DNA of 54,255 nucleotides from Candidatus Firestoneibacteriota bacterium (lineage in GTDB: Bacteria > Oederibacteriota > D2-FULL-39-29 > CAIOVX01): contig CAIWWK010000156.1 of the NCBI GenBank assembly GCA_903916325.1, positions 1-54,255 on the forward strand. The letters run 5' to 3'. Shown in pieces: positions 1 through 9,908 of the stretch. The notes beneath the pieces are model-generated. The model saw nothing but the letters and a program-made list of their open reading frames with translations, was not told the origin of the DNA and ran no database searches. Every line of letters starts with the position of its first letter. Positions within the stretch are counted from its first letter, which is position 1. The position numbers and the translations under genes are program-made.

Positions 1-2
1 CG

Positions 3-977
3 AGCAAGCTTGAACCCGAAAAGGAAACACTTACCGGCACTTACGGGAAGTTCGTAGCGGAACCTTTTGAAAGAGGATACGGCCAGACCATCGGTACTGC
101 TTTAAGGCGCGTGCTTCTTTCTTCGATACAGGCTGCGGCAGTGACGAGCGTCAAAATAGACGGCGTCAGCCACGAATTCGGGACTCTTACCGGTGTATCG
201 GAAGACGTAACCGAGATAATACTCAACATTAAGCAGCTGAAACTCAGGCTAAACGGCTTCAATCAGAAGAAGATAGAACTTGAAGTCAAAGGACAGAAAG
301 TTGTCAAAGCGTCTGACATCAAGGAAGATGCTGAGATAGAGATTATCAACCCGGACCTTGTCATCTGCACGCTGTCAAACCCGAGCGCGAAGATACACAT
401 AGAGATGACGGTTGACTCCGGCAGGGGATATGTTACGGCTGAACAGAACAAGAAAGAGGATTCGCCGATCGGCGCCATCGCGGTAGATTCCATCTATACC
501 CCTGTCAACAAGGTTAATTTTAAAGTCGAGAACACCAGGGTCGGACAGATAACAGACTACGAAAAACTTGTGCTCGAAATATGGACGGACGGCAGGATAA
601 AACCGGAAGATGCGCTTTCCTTCGCGGCAAAGATAATGCGCGACCACCTTCCGATATTCATCAACATTGAAGAGGACATGGAAGTCGAAGAAGAAACGCC
701 TGTAGACAAGGACAAGGAAAAACTCAAGGAAATCCTTAAAAAGAGCGTAGATGAGCTGGAGCTTTCCGTCAGGTCCGCAAACTGTCTTAAAGTCGCCGGA
801 ATAAAGAGCATCGGCGAGTTGGTGTCAAAGAGCGAGTCGGATATGTTGAAATACAGGAATTTCGGCAAAAAGTCTCTCAAGGAGATTGCAGATATTCTCG
901 GCACAATGGGCCTTTCTTTCGGAATGAACCTGTCGCCGGAGATACTTGAAGAGTTTAGGACAGAAACACCGGAATAA
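3..977 (+). CDS. rpoA: DNA-directed RNA polymerase subunit alpha (5' end cut by window edge)
   Basis: The frame is open from base 3, upstream of track ORF 111..977. The translation ...[29 protein letters not shown]... is the conserved RpoA N-terminal motif. The C-terminal [16 protein letters not shown] looks like the alpha-CTD. rplQ follows, as in the conserved rpoA-rplQ pair. Confidence 0.93.
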   Translation, partial: SKLEPEKETLTGTYGKFVAEPFERGYGQTIGTALRRVLLSSIQAAAVTSVKIDGVSHEFGTLTGVSEDVTEIILNIKQLKLRLNGFNQKKIELEVKGQKVVKASDIKEDAEIEIINPDLVICTLSNPSAKIHIEMTVDSGRGYVTAEQNKKEDSPIGAIAVDSIYTPVNKVNFKVENTRVGQITDYEKLVLEIWTDGRIKPEDALSFAAKIMRDHLPIFINIEEDMEVEEETPVDKDKEKLKEILKKSVDELELSVRSANCLKVAGIKSIGELVSKSESDMLKYRNFGKKSLKEIADILGTMGLSFGMNLSPEILEEFRTETPE

Positions 978-1047
978 AATACTGCAGCCCAAAGGCAGCC
1001 GGAGTTTGTTTCGAATGAAAAAGAGAAAAAGATAAAGGGAGCGGATT

Positions 1048-1497
1048 ATGAGGCATAGAGTTGCGGATAAAAAATTAGGCAGAACCTACGAGCATAAGAA
1101 AGCCCTGCTCAGCAACATGGCTATCTCTCTGTTTCGTTACGAGAGGATAGAAACCACGCTGGTGAAAGCGAAACTGCTCCGTGTCAAAGCAGAAAGGATG
1201 ATTACGTGGGCAAAGAGAGGCGGGCTGGCCAACATAAGACTGCTGGAAGGCGCCCTTCTCCATAACAAGGACACTGTCGGCAAGCTGGTAAAAGTGATAG
1301 CGCCCAGGTACAAAGACAGGAACGGCGGCTATACCAGGATAATGAAACTTAGGAACAGAAAAGGCGACAATGCTCTGATAGCAATAATAGAGCTTGTTGA
1401 CCGCGTGAAGAGGGAAAAGAAAGTAAAGAAGGAAGGAAAAGAAGTTGCGGCGGTTGAAGTAAAAGGCGCCAAAAAAGAAGAAGCCGCAAAGAAGTAA
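1048..1497 (+). CDS. rplQ: 50S ribosomal protein L17
   Basis: 149 aa. The N-terminus MRHRVADKKLGRTYEHKKALLSNMA is typical of L17. It has a lysine-rich tail and lies directly after rpoA. Confidence 0.93.
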   Translation: MRHRVADKKLGRTYEHKKALLSNMAISLFRYERIETTLVKAKLLRVKAERMITWAKRGGLANIRLLEGALLHNKDTVGKLVKVIAPRYKDRNGGYTRIMKLRNRKGDNALIAIIELVDRVKREKKVKKEGKEVAAVEVKGAKKEEAAKK

Positions 1498-1508
1498 TGA
1501 AAAACTAA

Positions 1509-1541
1509 AGGGCTTCCGCGAAAGCGGGAGCCCTTTTTTGT
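1509..1541 (+). terminator. Intrinsic terminator after rplQ
   Basis: GGGCTTCCGC-GAAA-GCGGGAGCCC stem-loop (one mismatch) followed by TTTTTTGTT. Confidence 0.75.
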
Positions 1542-1583
1542 TAGGCTCGCTTTTGCTGCAATGGATCATCATCCGGAGGGTAC

Positions 1584-2720
1584 ATGAAGAAGAATGATTT
1601 TGCCTGTTACACAGGACTCATAGACCTGATATCCGCAGTCAATAAATATCCGCTTTCATTCCTAAACGCGGGAAAGCAGACTGCTTCTGACTGGAGTGGA
1701 AAGGCCCGCCGCAAAATGTTTGAACTTCTGGCTTTTACCCCGAAAGATGTCCCGTTTTCTCAAAGACTAAAAGCAAAAGTAAAGAAAGACGGCGTCATAA
1801 TCGAGGCACTGGAATACTCTTTGTCCTACGGCCCAAAAACGGAAGCCTTCTTTCTGTATCCGGAGGGAGTAAAGGGCAAACTTCCAGGTATAGTCGCCCT
1901 GCATGACCACGGGGGTTTTAAGTATTTCGGAAAAGAAAAGGTCACGGAATTCCCCGGCGAGCACAGTATGCTCAAGGGATACAGGGACGAGTATTATGGC
2001 AGACGCGCTTACGCGAACGAACTTGCAAAACAGGGTTTTGCCGTCCTGGTACACGATTGCTTTATGTGGGGAAGCCGCCGGTTTCATGAGAGCGAGCTGT
2101 CCGATATCTTTCTTGAGCCGCTTAAAGGAAATAAACCTGGTTCTGAAGGCTTCATTAAGGCTTACAATTTAATGCAGCGCGACTACGAAAATGTAATAGC
2201 CAAGTACCTTATTACCCTTGGGACGACTATTCAGGGGGTCTTCTCTTACGAAGACAGGCGGGCAGTTGATTTCCTTCTTACTAGAAAGGAAGTTGACCCG
2301 GAAAGAATAGGCTGTTTAGGTCTATCGGGCGGAGGATTGAGGACCGCCTATCTGGCCGGTTTGGACGAAAGGATAAAATGCGCGGTTTGCGTTGGATTCA
2401 TGGACACCTTCGAAGGATTTCTCGACAATCGCATCAAGAATCACACCTGGATGCTCAATCTTCCTTACCAGTCGCAGTTTATGGATTTTACGGATATGGC
2501 TGCCATCAGAGTTCCCTCGCCGCTTATGGTCCAGTATGACATACACGACGGGCTCTACACGCTTAAAGGGCAGAAAGACGCAGACAAAAGGCTTGCCTCG
2601 ATATATAAAAAGGCCGGAGCGCCGGAAAATTACAGGGGAATGTTTTACCCCGGCCCGCATAAGTTTGATGTCCCGATGCAGGAAGACGCTTTCAGGTGGT
2701 TTGAACAGAAACTCAGGTGA
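1584..2720 (+). CDS. Alpha/beta hydrolase (dienelactone hydrolase / acetyl-xylan-esterase-like)
   Basis: 378 aa. It has a nucleophile elbow GLSGGG, and ALHDHGG precedes it. GGAGGG RBS before the ATG. Confidence 0.6.
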   Translation: MKKNDFACYTGLIDLISAVNKYPLSFLNAGKQTASDWSGKARRKMFELLAFTPKDVPFSQRLKAKVKKDGVIIEALEYSLSYGPKTEAFFLYPEGVKGKLPGIVALHDHGGFKYFGKEKVTEFPGEHSMLKGYRDEYYGRRAYANELAKQGFAVLVHDCFMWGSRRFHESELSDIFLEPLKGNKPGSEGFIKAYNLMQRDYENVIAKYLITLGTTIQGVFSYEDRRAVDFLLTRKEVDPERIGCLGLSGGGLRTAYLAGLDERIKCAVCVGFMDTFEGFLDNRIKNHTWMLNLPYQSQFMDFTDMAAIRVPSPLMVQYDIHDGLYTLKGQKDADKRLASIYKKAGAPENYRGMFYPGPHKFDVPMQEDAFRWFEQKLR

Positions 2721-2755
2721 GTATTCGGACCTGATTCAGCGTGATTTTCAAACCA

Positions 2756-2785
2756 TTGACATAGGGCGGTTTTTATTTATATAAT
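2756..2785 (+). promoter_or_regulatory. Sigma70-like promoter upstream of dprA
   Basis: TTGACA (2756-2761), 18-nt spacer, TATAAT (2780-2785). Confidence 0.6.
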
Positions 2786-2840
2786 GGGCTTGGCGTAAAA
2801 AAATATTTTTCGCAATAGTTTGAATAAGAAGGAGCGATTT

Positions 2841-3899
2841 TTGAGCATAAGGGAACTTGCCGCGCTTAACATTGCGGGAGTTACTCCCCTTATGTACCGG
2901 GAGCTTAAGGAGAAACTTGGCGATGACTCGCAGGTTCTTCGGGCAGCTCTCGCTCACAAGGGGAAGGAAGAGAAAGAAGCCCTTAACGCGGCCGACAAAG
3001 AGATAGTTTTTTCCGACAAATCACATGTGAAAATGCTCGCGATTGATGATCCCGGATACCCCGCGTCTTTACGATATATTCCGGATCCGCCGTATATAAT
3101 CTACGTAAAAGGCGGGCTCAAGCAGGAAGACCTAATCTCAATTGCCATTGTAGGAAGCAGGCGCCCTTCTGTTTACGGGAGAAGCCAGGCGGAAAAATTT
3201 TCCGCGGAGCTCTCGGCCCTTGGGTTTTGCATTGTCAGCGGGCTGGCAAAGGGAGTTGACGCGGCGGCGCATGGTGAGGTATTAAAGCGCGGAAACAGGA
3301 CTCTGGCGGTCCTTGGCAGCGGAATAATGAGGATTTATCCGGATGAGAACCGCGGGCTGGCCGAAAAGATCTGCGAGAACGGAGCGCTAATTTCAGAGTT
3401 TCCTCTGCTCAAGGGGCCGGAGAAGTGGAATTTCCCGCGCAGGAACAGGGTAATAAGCGGGCTTTCCCTCGGTTCTCTGGTAATCGAAGCAGGAGAAAAA
3501 AGCGGCGCGTTGATAACGGCAAAGTACGCGCTGGAACAGGGCCGGGAGGTATTTGCCATTCCCGGCAATATTACGAGCGTGATGAGTAAAGGCACTAACG
3601 GGCTGATAAAAGCCGGCGCGAAGCTGGCGGAGAGCGCTGAAGACATTGTCATAGAGCTTTCCGGTATCCTGCCTGACGGATTTCTTAACAAGACCGGTCA
3701 GGCTGACTTGCCGGTGGTCAGCCTCTCAGAAGATGAAAACAGGGTCTTCTCTGCCGTAGAAGGCGAGACGCACGTGGATGATATAGCGAAAACCTGCGGG
3801 ATGCAGGTGAGCAAGGTGCTTTCGGTGCTGGTAGGCTTGGAACTGAAGGGTTACTTGAAACAGTATCAGGGGAAGATCTTCGCAAAAGCTCTAAAATAG
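2841..3899 (+). CDS. dprA: DNA processing protein DprA/Smf
   Basis: Motifs IAIVGSRRPSVYG, SGLAKGVDAAAHG, FPRRNRVISGLS and GALITAKYALEQGREVFAIPG are DprA Rossmann-domain signatures. The start is placed at TTG 2841, 6 nt after AGGAG. The track start at 2820 is the alternative. Confidence 0.9.
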   Translation: MSIRELAALNIAGVTPLMYRELKEKLGDDSQVLRAALAHKGKEEKEALNAADKEIVFSDKSHVKMLAIDDPGYPASLRYIPDPPYIIYVKGGLKQEDLISIAIVGSRRPSVYGRSQAEKFSAELSALGFCIVSGLAKGVDAAAHGEVLKRGNRTLAVLGSGIMRIYPDENRGLAEKICENGALISEFPLLKGPEKWNFPRRNRVISGLSLGSLVIEAGEKSGALITAKYALEQGREVFAIPGNITSVMSKGTNGLIKAGAKLAESAEDIVIELSGILPDGFLNKTGQADLPVVSLSEDENRVFSAVEGETHVDDIAKTCGMQVSKVLSVLVGLELKGYLKQYQGKIFAKALK

Positions 3900-3920
3900 C
3901 GGCTAAAGGAGCAGCTAAGA

Positions 3921-6203
3921 ATGGCAAATAAGGTCAGCAAGGCAGATAAGATAACTAAGAAACTAATCCTGGTCGAATCTCCGACAAAAGTCCATACCAT
4001 CACACAGTTCCTGGACAAGTCCTATACGGTCCGGGCGACTATGGGGCATATTATTGACCTGCCAAAGAGCAAACTGGGGCTTGATGAAGAAAACAACTTT
4101 GAGCCATCATACATAGTCATGCGCACGAAGACCAAAATGCTTAAAGAGATAACCGCTGCGGCGGGCAAAGCGGATGTCATATACTTCGCGACCGACCCTG
4201 ACAGGGAAGGCGAAGCCATAAGTTATCATCTGAAGAACAAGCTCAAACTGGAGAAAAAAGAAACACACAGGATTGAGTTTAACGAGATTACAAAAAAGGC
4301 AGTGCTCGCGGCGCTTGCTTCTCCGCGGGAGATCAACTTGAACCTCTTTTACGCCCAGCAGGCAAGACGCATTTTAGACAGGCTGGTAGGTTATAAGCTG
4401 AGCCCGCTGCTCTGGAAGAGCATACAGCGCGGGCTTTCGGCCGGGCGCGTTCAGTCAGTGGCTCTCCGCATGATTTGCGAGCGGGAGAGGGAGATTGAAG
4501 CCTTCAAACCTGTTGAATACTGGAGCGTAATCGCTAGGCTTAAAAGCGATGCGACCGCGGAGTTCAATGCAAAGCTGATACAGATTAAAGGCGTCAAGGC
4601 CGCGATAAAGACAAAGGAAGAAGGCGACAAGATAGTTTCCGATTGCACCTCCGCTGAATATGTAGTCAGAAAAATTGACAGCCGCGAGAAGAACAGATAC
4701 ACCGCTCCTCCTTTTATAACCTCAACGCTTCAGCAGGAGGCGGCAAAAAAGCTTGGCTTTACCGCAAGAAAGACAATGATGATCGCGCAGAGCTTGTATG
4801 AAGGCGTGAATGTCGGAGAGGAAGGCGAGACCGGGCTCATAACCTACATGAGGACCGATTCGGTAAGGGTCTCGGAAGAAGCTCTGGCAGAAGTTAGAGG
4901 GCTTATCAAGGAAAAGTACGGAGCGGAGAGCCTTCCGGAAGTGCCGAATACATTTAAAAACAAGAAAAACTCCCAGGATGCGCATGAGGCTGTAAGGCCG
5001 TCGTCGGTTCTCCGCGAACCGGCGGGTATCAAGCAGTTTCTGAACCCGGACCAGTTTAAACTTTACGACTTGATCTGGAAAAGGTTTGTGGCTTCGCAAA
5101 TGAAAGCGGCGCTTCTTGAGGTTACTTCCATAGATATAGCCGCTGGCGAGTACCTCTTCAGGGCAACGGGCAATGTAATAAAATTCAAGGGGTTCCTCAG
5201 TGTATACGACATCACCGAGGATAAGGACGAAAAAAAGGAGGGCGAAGAGGATGAAGCCGAGGCGGACAAGAACGCGGTGCTGCCGAAACTTTCCGAAGGG
5301 CAGCTGCTGATACTGGTAAAGCTAATACCTGAGCAGCACTTTACCCAGCCGCCCCCGAGATTCAACGATGCATCGCTTGTCAAGGCGCTGGAAGAAAACA
5401 ACATCGGCCGTCCGAGCACTTACGCGGCCATTATAAGCACTATTTTGGACAGGAATTACATTGAACGGTTGGACAAGAGATTCAAACCGACGGAATTGGG
5501 TTTCCTCGTATGCGATATTCTGGTCAAGAACTTTCCGAATATTCTGAATGTGGAGTTTACCGCAGGTATGGAAGAGGAACTTGATACCGTGGAAGAAGGG
5601 ACTAACACCTGGCAGAAGGTCGTCGCGGACTTTTACAAGCCATTTTCTGAATCGCTGGCCAAAGCGGCGCTGACGCTTGGGGAGATGAAAAAAGAAGCGG
5701 ATCCCAACGCGGAAAAGTGCGAAAAGTGCGGCAAACCCATGGCCGTGAAGTTTGGTTTCCGCGGCAAGTTCCTCGCCTGCACCGGCTATCCGGAATGCAA
5801 GAGCACTAAATCCATAGGCGGGGAAGCCGCTGAAGATACAGCTCCGACCGGGGTGGTTTGCGAGAAATGCGGCGCGAATATGATTCTCAAATTCGGCAGA
5901 TTCGGCAAATTCCTGGCCTGCGAGAAGTACCCGGAATGCAAGAGCACGAAGTCCATCGGCATCGGGATCAAATGCCCGAAATGCGGCGGTGATGTGGTGT
6001 CGCGGCGCGGGAAGAAGGGATCTTTTTACGGCTGCGGCAATTACCCCAAGTGTGATTTCATTACCAACGCGAAACCGGTCGCCAAAGCCTGCACCAAATG
6101 CGGCTATCCGGTAACGACGCTTGTTAAAGGCAAGATAAAATGCCTCAACGCTGAATGCAAGCACGAGGAAGAAGCCAAGGAAGATGCGCCAGCTAAAGAA
6201 TAA
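3921..6203 (+). CDS. topA: DNA topoisomerase I with C-terminal zinc-ribbon repeats
   Basis: 760 aa. It has a TOPRIM-type N-terminus (LILVESPTKV, ATDPDREGEAI), the active-site region GLITYMRTDS, and four Cys4 ribbons at the C-terminus. The dprA-topA adjacency is a common arrangement. Confidence 0.95.
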   Translation: MANKVSKADKITKKLILVESPTKVHTITQFLDKSYTVRATMGHIIDLPKSKLGLDEENNFEPSYIVMRTKTKMLKEITAAAGKADVIYFATDPDREGEAISYHLKNKLKLEKKETHRIEFNEITKKAVLAALASPREINLNLFYAQQARRILDRLVGYKLSPLLWKSIQRGLSAGRVQSVALRMICEREREIEAFKPVEYWSVIARLKSDATAEFNAKLIQIKGVKAAIKTKEEGDKIVSDCTSAEYVVRKIDSREKNRYTAPPFITSTLQQEAAKKLGFTARKTMMIAQSLYEGVNVGEEGETGLITYMRTDSVRVSEEALAEVRGLIKEKYGAESLPEVPNTFKNKKNSQDAHEAVRPSSVLREPAGIKQFLNPDQFKLYDLIWKRFVASQMKAALLEVTSIDIAAGEYLFRATGNVIKFKGFLSVYDITEDKDEKKEGEEDEAEADKNAVLPKLSEGQLLILVKLIPEQHFTQPPPRFNDASLVKALEENNIGRPSTYAAIISTILDRNYIERLDKRFKPTELGFLVCDILVKNFPNILNVEFTAGMEEELDTVEEGTNTWQKVVADFYKPFSESLAKAALTLGEMKKEADPNAEKCEKCGKPMAVKFGFRGKFLACTGYPECKSTKSIGGEAAEDTAPTGVVCEKCGANMILKFGRFGKFLACEKYPECKSTKSIGIGIKCPKCGGDVVSRRGKKGSFYGCGNYPKCDFITNAKPVAKACTKCGYPVTTLVKGKIKCLNAECKHEEEAKEDAPAKE

Positions 6204-7044
6204 ATTCCTGAGCTACATCAAGGACGAGAAGAACTATTCGAACAATACGATTCTGGCTTATACCAACGATCTTGATGAATTTATCGCATTTCTTGATAAG
6301 AAGAAGTCAATGGAAGTGGAACCGGTAACCATCAGGGAATTTGTAGTTGGGATGAGCGGCAGGAATTATAGCAAGGCAACGATGGAACGCAAAATTGCAA
6401 CCCTGAAGAGTTTTTTTAAGTACTTAAAAAGAGAAGGTCTGAAGAAAATAAACCCCGCGGCCGGTATTTCTTTCCCAAGGAAAGAAAAGAAGCTCCCGCG
6501 GTTCCTTGAAGAGTCAGAAGCAAAACACCTGCTGGATTCGGTGGATATAAAAAAAAAGAACGGCGCCAGAGATCTTGCTGTCCTTGAACTGCTTTATTCC
6601 ACCGGCATGCGCGTGGGAGAACTTTCCGGCCTTAAAGTAAAGGATATGGACCTCGAAAACGCGATAGTCAGGGTCTTCGGCAAGGGCTCAAAGGAAAGAA
6701 TAGTGCCTGTAGGCTCAAAGGCGGTGGAAGCCGTAAGCGCCTATCTTGAGTCAAGAACACAAGATTCCGAATGGCTTTTTACCAACGACAAAGGCGGGCA
6801 GCTGGACCAGAGGATGGTACGCTTCCTTGTAGACAAGCAGGTAAAAGCCGCGAGCTTGAGCAAAAATATCAGCCCCCATTCTCTCCGCCACAGTTTTGCA
6901 ACGCACCTTTTAAACCACGGGGCGGATCTGAGAAGCGTTCAGGAACTGCTGGGACATTCCAATCTCACAACCACTCAGATTTACACGCATGTAACAACCG
7001 AACGGTTGAAGGAAATTTACAAAAAAGCGCACCCAAGAGCATAA
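6184..7044 (+). CDS. xerC: Tyrosine recombinase XerC/XerD family
   Basis: 286 aa. RHSFATHLLNHGADLRSVQELLGHSNLTTTQIYTHV is the catalytic R-H-R-Y C-terminal box. It overlaps the topA end by 20 nt. XerC and XerD cannot be told apart by eye. Confidence 0.85.
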   Translation: MRQLKNKFLSYIKDEKNYSNNTILAYTNDLDEFIAFLDKKKSMEVEPVTIREFVVGMSGRNYSKATMERKIATLKSFFKYLKREGLKKINPAAGISFPRKEKKLPRFLEESEAKHLLDSVDIKKKNGARDLAVLELLYSTGMRVGELSGLKVKDMDLENAIVRVFGKGSKERIVPVGSKAVEAVSAYLESRTQDSEWLFTNDKGGQLDQRMVRFLVDKQVKAASLSKNISPHSLRHSFATHLLNHGADLRSVQELLGHSNLTTTQIYTHVTTERLKEIYKKAHPRA

Positions 7045-7069
7045 AGCGAGCCCGAATATCGGAGGCGTC

Positions 7070-7903
7070 ATGGAAGAGATTATAAAGAAAGCCGGCGTGC
7101 TAATAGAAGCCCTGCCCTATCTGCGTGAATTTTCCGGAAAGACCTTTGTTATAAAGTACGGCGGCAAAGCCATGATAGACGAAGCGCTCAAGAACTCCGT
7201 CGTTCAGGATATAGTGCTAATGAAGTATATTGGCATCAACCCCGTGGTCGTTCACGGCGGCGGGCCGGAGATAACAACCGCGATGGAAAAGGCAGGGCTT
7301 AAGGCAAAGTTTGTGAACGGGCGGCGTGTGACCGACAAACAGACAATGAAGATAGTGGAATCGGTCCTGGCCGGAAAGACCAATAAAGAGATTGTCCGGA
7401 TGTTCAATACTCACGGCGGAAAGGCAAAAGGGTTCTCCGGAAAAGACGGCAAGCTGCTGGTAACTAAAATGCTGGATGCCGAACTCGGGTTCGTGGGAGA
7501 GATTGAGAAAGTTAATACCGGGGTGCTTGAAAAGCACAGGGAATTTATTCCGGTTATAGCGCCGATAGGCATAGACCTAGACGGCAATACCTACAACATT
7601 AACGCCGATGATGCGGCAGCCGCGCTTTCAGTGGCCGTAAAAGCCGAGAAGCTCATACTTATAACCGATGTTTCCGGCGTGCTTCACAACAAGGCCCTCG
7701 TTCATTCCATTACCATGAAGAACGCGAAGCAGATGATTAAGGACGGGATTATCACCGGCGGGATGATACCCAAAGTACTTTCCTGCATGACCGCGATAAC
7801 GGGCGGTGTGAAGAAGGCTCATATCATAAACGGTACGGTAAAGCATTCCCTGCTGCTTGAGATATTCACACAGACCGGCATAGGGACGGAGATAATAAGA
7901 TGA
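7070..7903 (+). CDS. argB: Acetylglutamate kinase
   Basis: 277 aa. Contains FVIKYGGKAM, VVHGGGPEI and NINADDAAAAL motifs. Confidence 0.93.
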   Translation: MEEIIKKAGVLIEALPYLREFSGKTFVIKYGGKAMIDEALKNSVVQDIVLMKYIGINPVVVHGGGPEITTAMEKAGLKAKFVNGRRVTDKQTMKIVESVLAGKTNKEIVRMFNTHGGKAKGFSGKDGKLLVTKMLDAELGFVGEIEKVNTGVLEKHREFIPVIAPIGIDLDGNTYNINADDAAAALSVAVKAEKLILITDVSGVLHNKALVHSITMKNAKQMIKDGIITGGMIPKVLSCMTAITGGVKKAHIINGTVKHSLLLEIFTQTGIGTEIIR

Positions 7904-8685
7904 AAAACATCGAACAGGCGCTTAAGTTCAGCAATAAGGGAGAAAGATTGTTTGGCGTTCTGCATCTGCCAAAGAAATCCGGCAAGTTCCCGTGCGTGGT
8001 CATGTTTCACGGTTTTACAGGGCACAAAGCGGAAGATCATTTTCTTTTCACCAAAACTGCGCGAAAGCTTGCCGAGAAAGGCATTGCCGCGTTTCGTTTT
8101 GATTTCCGCGGTTCCGGAGATTCTGAGGGGACTTTTGAACGTATGACTATCGGCACGGAGATAAGCGACGCGAAAGAGGCTGTTAGATTCATAAAAAAAC
8201 ACAGGAGCATTAAGAAAGAAAGCATAGGGGTCCTGGGATTGTCTATGGGAGGTTTTGTCGCGGCCTATATCTGCGGCAATGTCGCCGGCGTAAGAGCAGC
8301 AGTTCTGTGGAGCGCGGTAGGGCAGTATAAAAAAGTATTCGGCAAAAACCTAAAAGTAAACTTCAAAGCAAATAATCTGAAAGCGAAGGATGTCGGCGGT
8401 GTTGTGCTGGGGAAAGGGTTCTTCAAGGCAGGCATCTGGTATGACGGACTGAACCTGGTTTCTGTAAATGAATACAAAGAACCGCTGCTTATCGTTCACA
8501 GCGATAACGACAAGGCAGTCCCATTTTCCGACGCGCAGCTTTACTACAGGACCTCTGGTTCAGGGATAAAGGAATTGAAGAAAATAAACGGCGGCGGGCA
8601 TACTTACGGAGAAAACGGAATGGAACCGAAGGTTATCGATTACTCCGTTAAATGGCTTAAGAAGCATCTAAGTTCACGCGGGTGA
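7900..8685 (+). CDS. Alpha/beta hydrolase (serine esterase/amidase type) embedded in the arg cluster
   Basis: 261 aa. It has HGFTGH, the nucleophile elbow GLSMGG, a candidate acid in HSDNDKAVP and a candidate His in GGGHTY. Its start shares an ATGA overlap with the argB stop. Confidence 0.7.
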   Translation: MKNIEQALKFSNKGERLFGVLHLPKKSGKFPCVVMFHGFTGHKAEDHFLFTKTARKLAEKGIAAFRFDFRGSGDSEGTFERMTIGTEISDAKEAVRFIKKHRSIKKESIGVLGLSMGGFVAAYICGNVAGVRAAVLWSAVGQYKKVFGKNLKVNFKANNLKAKDVGGVVLGKGFFKAGIWYDGLNLVSVNEYKEPLLIVHSDNDKAVPFSDAQLYYRTSGSGIKELKKINGGGHTYGENGMEPKVIDYSVKWLKKHLSSRG

Positions 8686-8696
8686 CAGGAGTTAAA

Positions 8697-9896
8697 ATGA
8701 GAAGCACAGACATTTTTCTTGACGAGCAAAAGTATATCTTTCAGACCTATGCGCGTTTCCCGGTCCTTATAACGAAGGGCAAAGGAATGCATGTTACGGA
8801 TAACGAAGGGAAAGAGTATCTGGATTTCCTTTCAGGGATAGCGGTAAACGCCCTCGGGCACTGCCATCCCGCTGTCGTAAACGCGATAAGGAACCAGACG
8901 AAAAAGCTCTCCCATACCTCAAATCTTTATTACACTATTCCACAGGTCAAGCTCGCGAAGAAATTGGCGGCGTTGTCTGGTTTGAGTAAAAGCTTCTTTT
9001 GCAACAGCGGAGCAGAAGCGAACGAGGCGGCAATAAAACTTGCAAGAAAGTATGCCAAAGAGAACCTCGGCCCGGAGAAGTTTGAGATAATAACCATGCA
9101 CGGAGCCTTCCATGGAAGGACGTTGGCGACGCTGACTGCGACCCCGCACGAGAAATTTCACAAAGGCTACGAGCCTCTGCCTGCGGGTTTCAAATATGTC
9201 AATTACAATGATATTGAAGCCCTTAAAAAAGCAATAGACGAAAAAACCTGTGCTGTGCTGGTTGAACCGGTCCAGGGTGAAGGCGGGGTTCTGGTTCCGT
9301 CGCCGGGTTATCTGAAAGAGTTGCGGCTTCTCTGCGATGAAAAGAATATACTGCTGATCCTTGATGAAGTCCAGGTAGGCATGGGACGGACCGGAAAAAT
9401 GTTCGCTTTTCAGCAGGAAGGAATACTTCCCGACATACTTACGCTGGCCAAGACAATCGGAGCAGGCTTGCCTCTCGGTGTTATGATGGCTTCGGAAAAA
9501 GTCTCAAAAGGTTTTGTTCCGGGCAGTCATGGGAGTACCTTCGGCGGCGGCTCGATTGTGTGCGAAGCAGGGCTTGCGGTACTTGAGACTATTGAGAAGA
9601 AAGGCCTTTTGGAAAATGTCTCCGATATGGGTTCTTATCTGCTCTCAGAATTGAAGAAACTAAAAGAAAAATACCCTTCAATAAAGGAAGTTCGAGGCCT
9701 CGGCCTTATCTGCGGCATAGAACTTGAAATTCCCGGCAAGGAGATTGTAAGCGAAATGCTCCGCAGAGGTTTCCTGATAAACTGCACCAGCGATAAGGTC
9801 CTTCGTTTCCTGCCTCCTTTCATCGTCGCGAAGAAGCACATAGACCGGCTGATAGCAGCGCTTGACGCGGTGTTTTCAGAAAAGCAACAGGTTTGA
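8697..9896 (+). CDS. argD: Acetylornithine aminotransferase
   Basis: A class-III aminotransferase with GHCHPAVV, LILDEVQVGMGRTGKMFA and TLAKTIGAGLP (PLP lysine context). ATG 8697 lies 5 nt after AGGAG. Track ORF 8682 starts at a GTG that overlaps the previous stop. Confidence 0.9.
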   Translation: MRSTDIFLDEQKYIFQTYARFPVLITKGKGMHVTDNEGKEYLDFLSGIAVNALGHCHPAVVNAIRNQTKKLSHTSNLYYTIPQVKLAKKLAALSGLSKSFFCNSGAEANEAAIKLARKYAKENLGPEKFEIITMHGAFHGRTLATLTATPHEKFHKGYEPLPAGFKYVNYNDIEALKKAIDEKTCAVLVEPVQGEGGVLVPSPGYLKELRLLCDEKNILLILDEVQVGMGRTGKMFAFQQEGILPDILTLAKTIGAGLPLGVMMASEKVSKGFVPGSHGSTFGGGSIVCEAGLAVLETIEKKGLLENVSDMGSYLLSELKKLKEKYPSIKEVRGLGLICGIELEIPGKEIVSEMLRRGFLINCTSDKVLRFLPPFIVAKKHIDRLIAALDAVFSEKQQV

Positions 9897-9908
9897 GCAG
9901 GAGGGGTA

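Noticed and set aside
5322-6164. Minus-strand 280-aa ORF inside topA.
   Set aside because: It is antisense to the well-supported topoisomerase I zinc-ribbon region. Its composition is low-complexity (A/G/R/F-rich), typical of a shadow ORF.
6184-7044. The tyrosine recombinase as the integrase of a mobile element.
   Set aside because: It sits in the housekeeping dprA-topA cluster, 32 kb from the accessory segment. It has XerC/D-type length and motifs, and no flanking att-like repeats or cargo.
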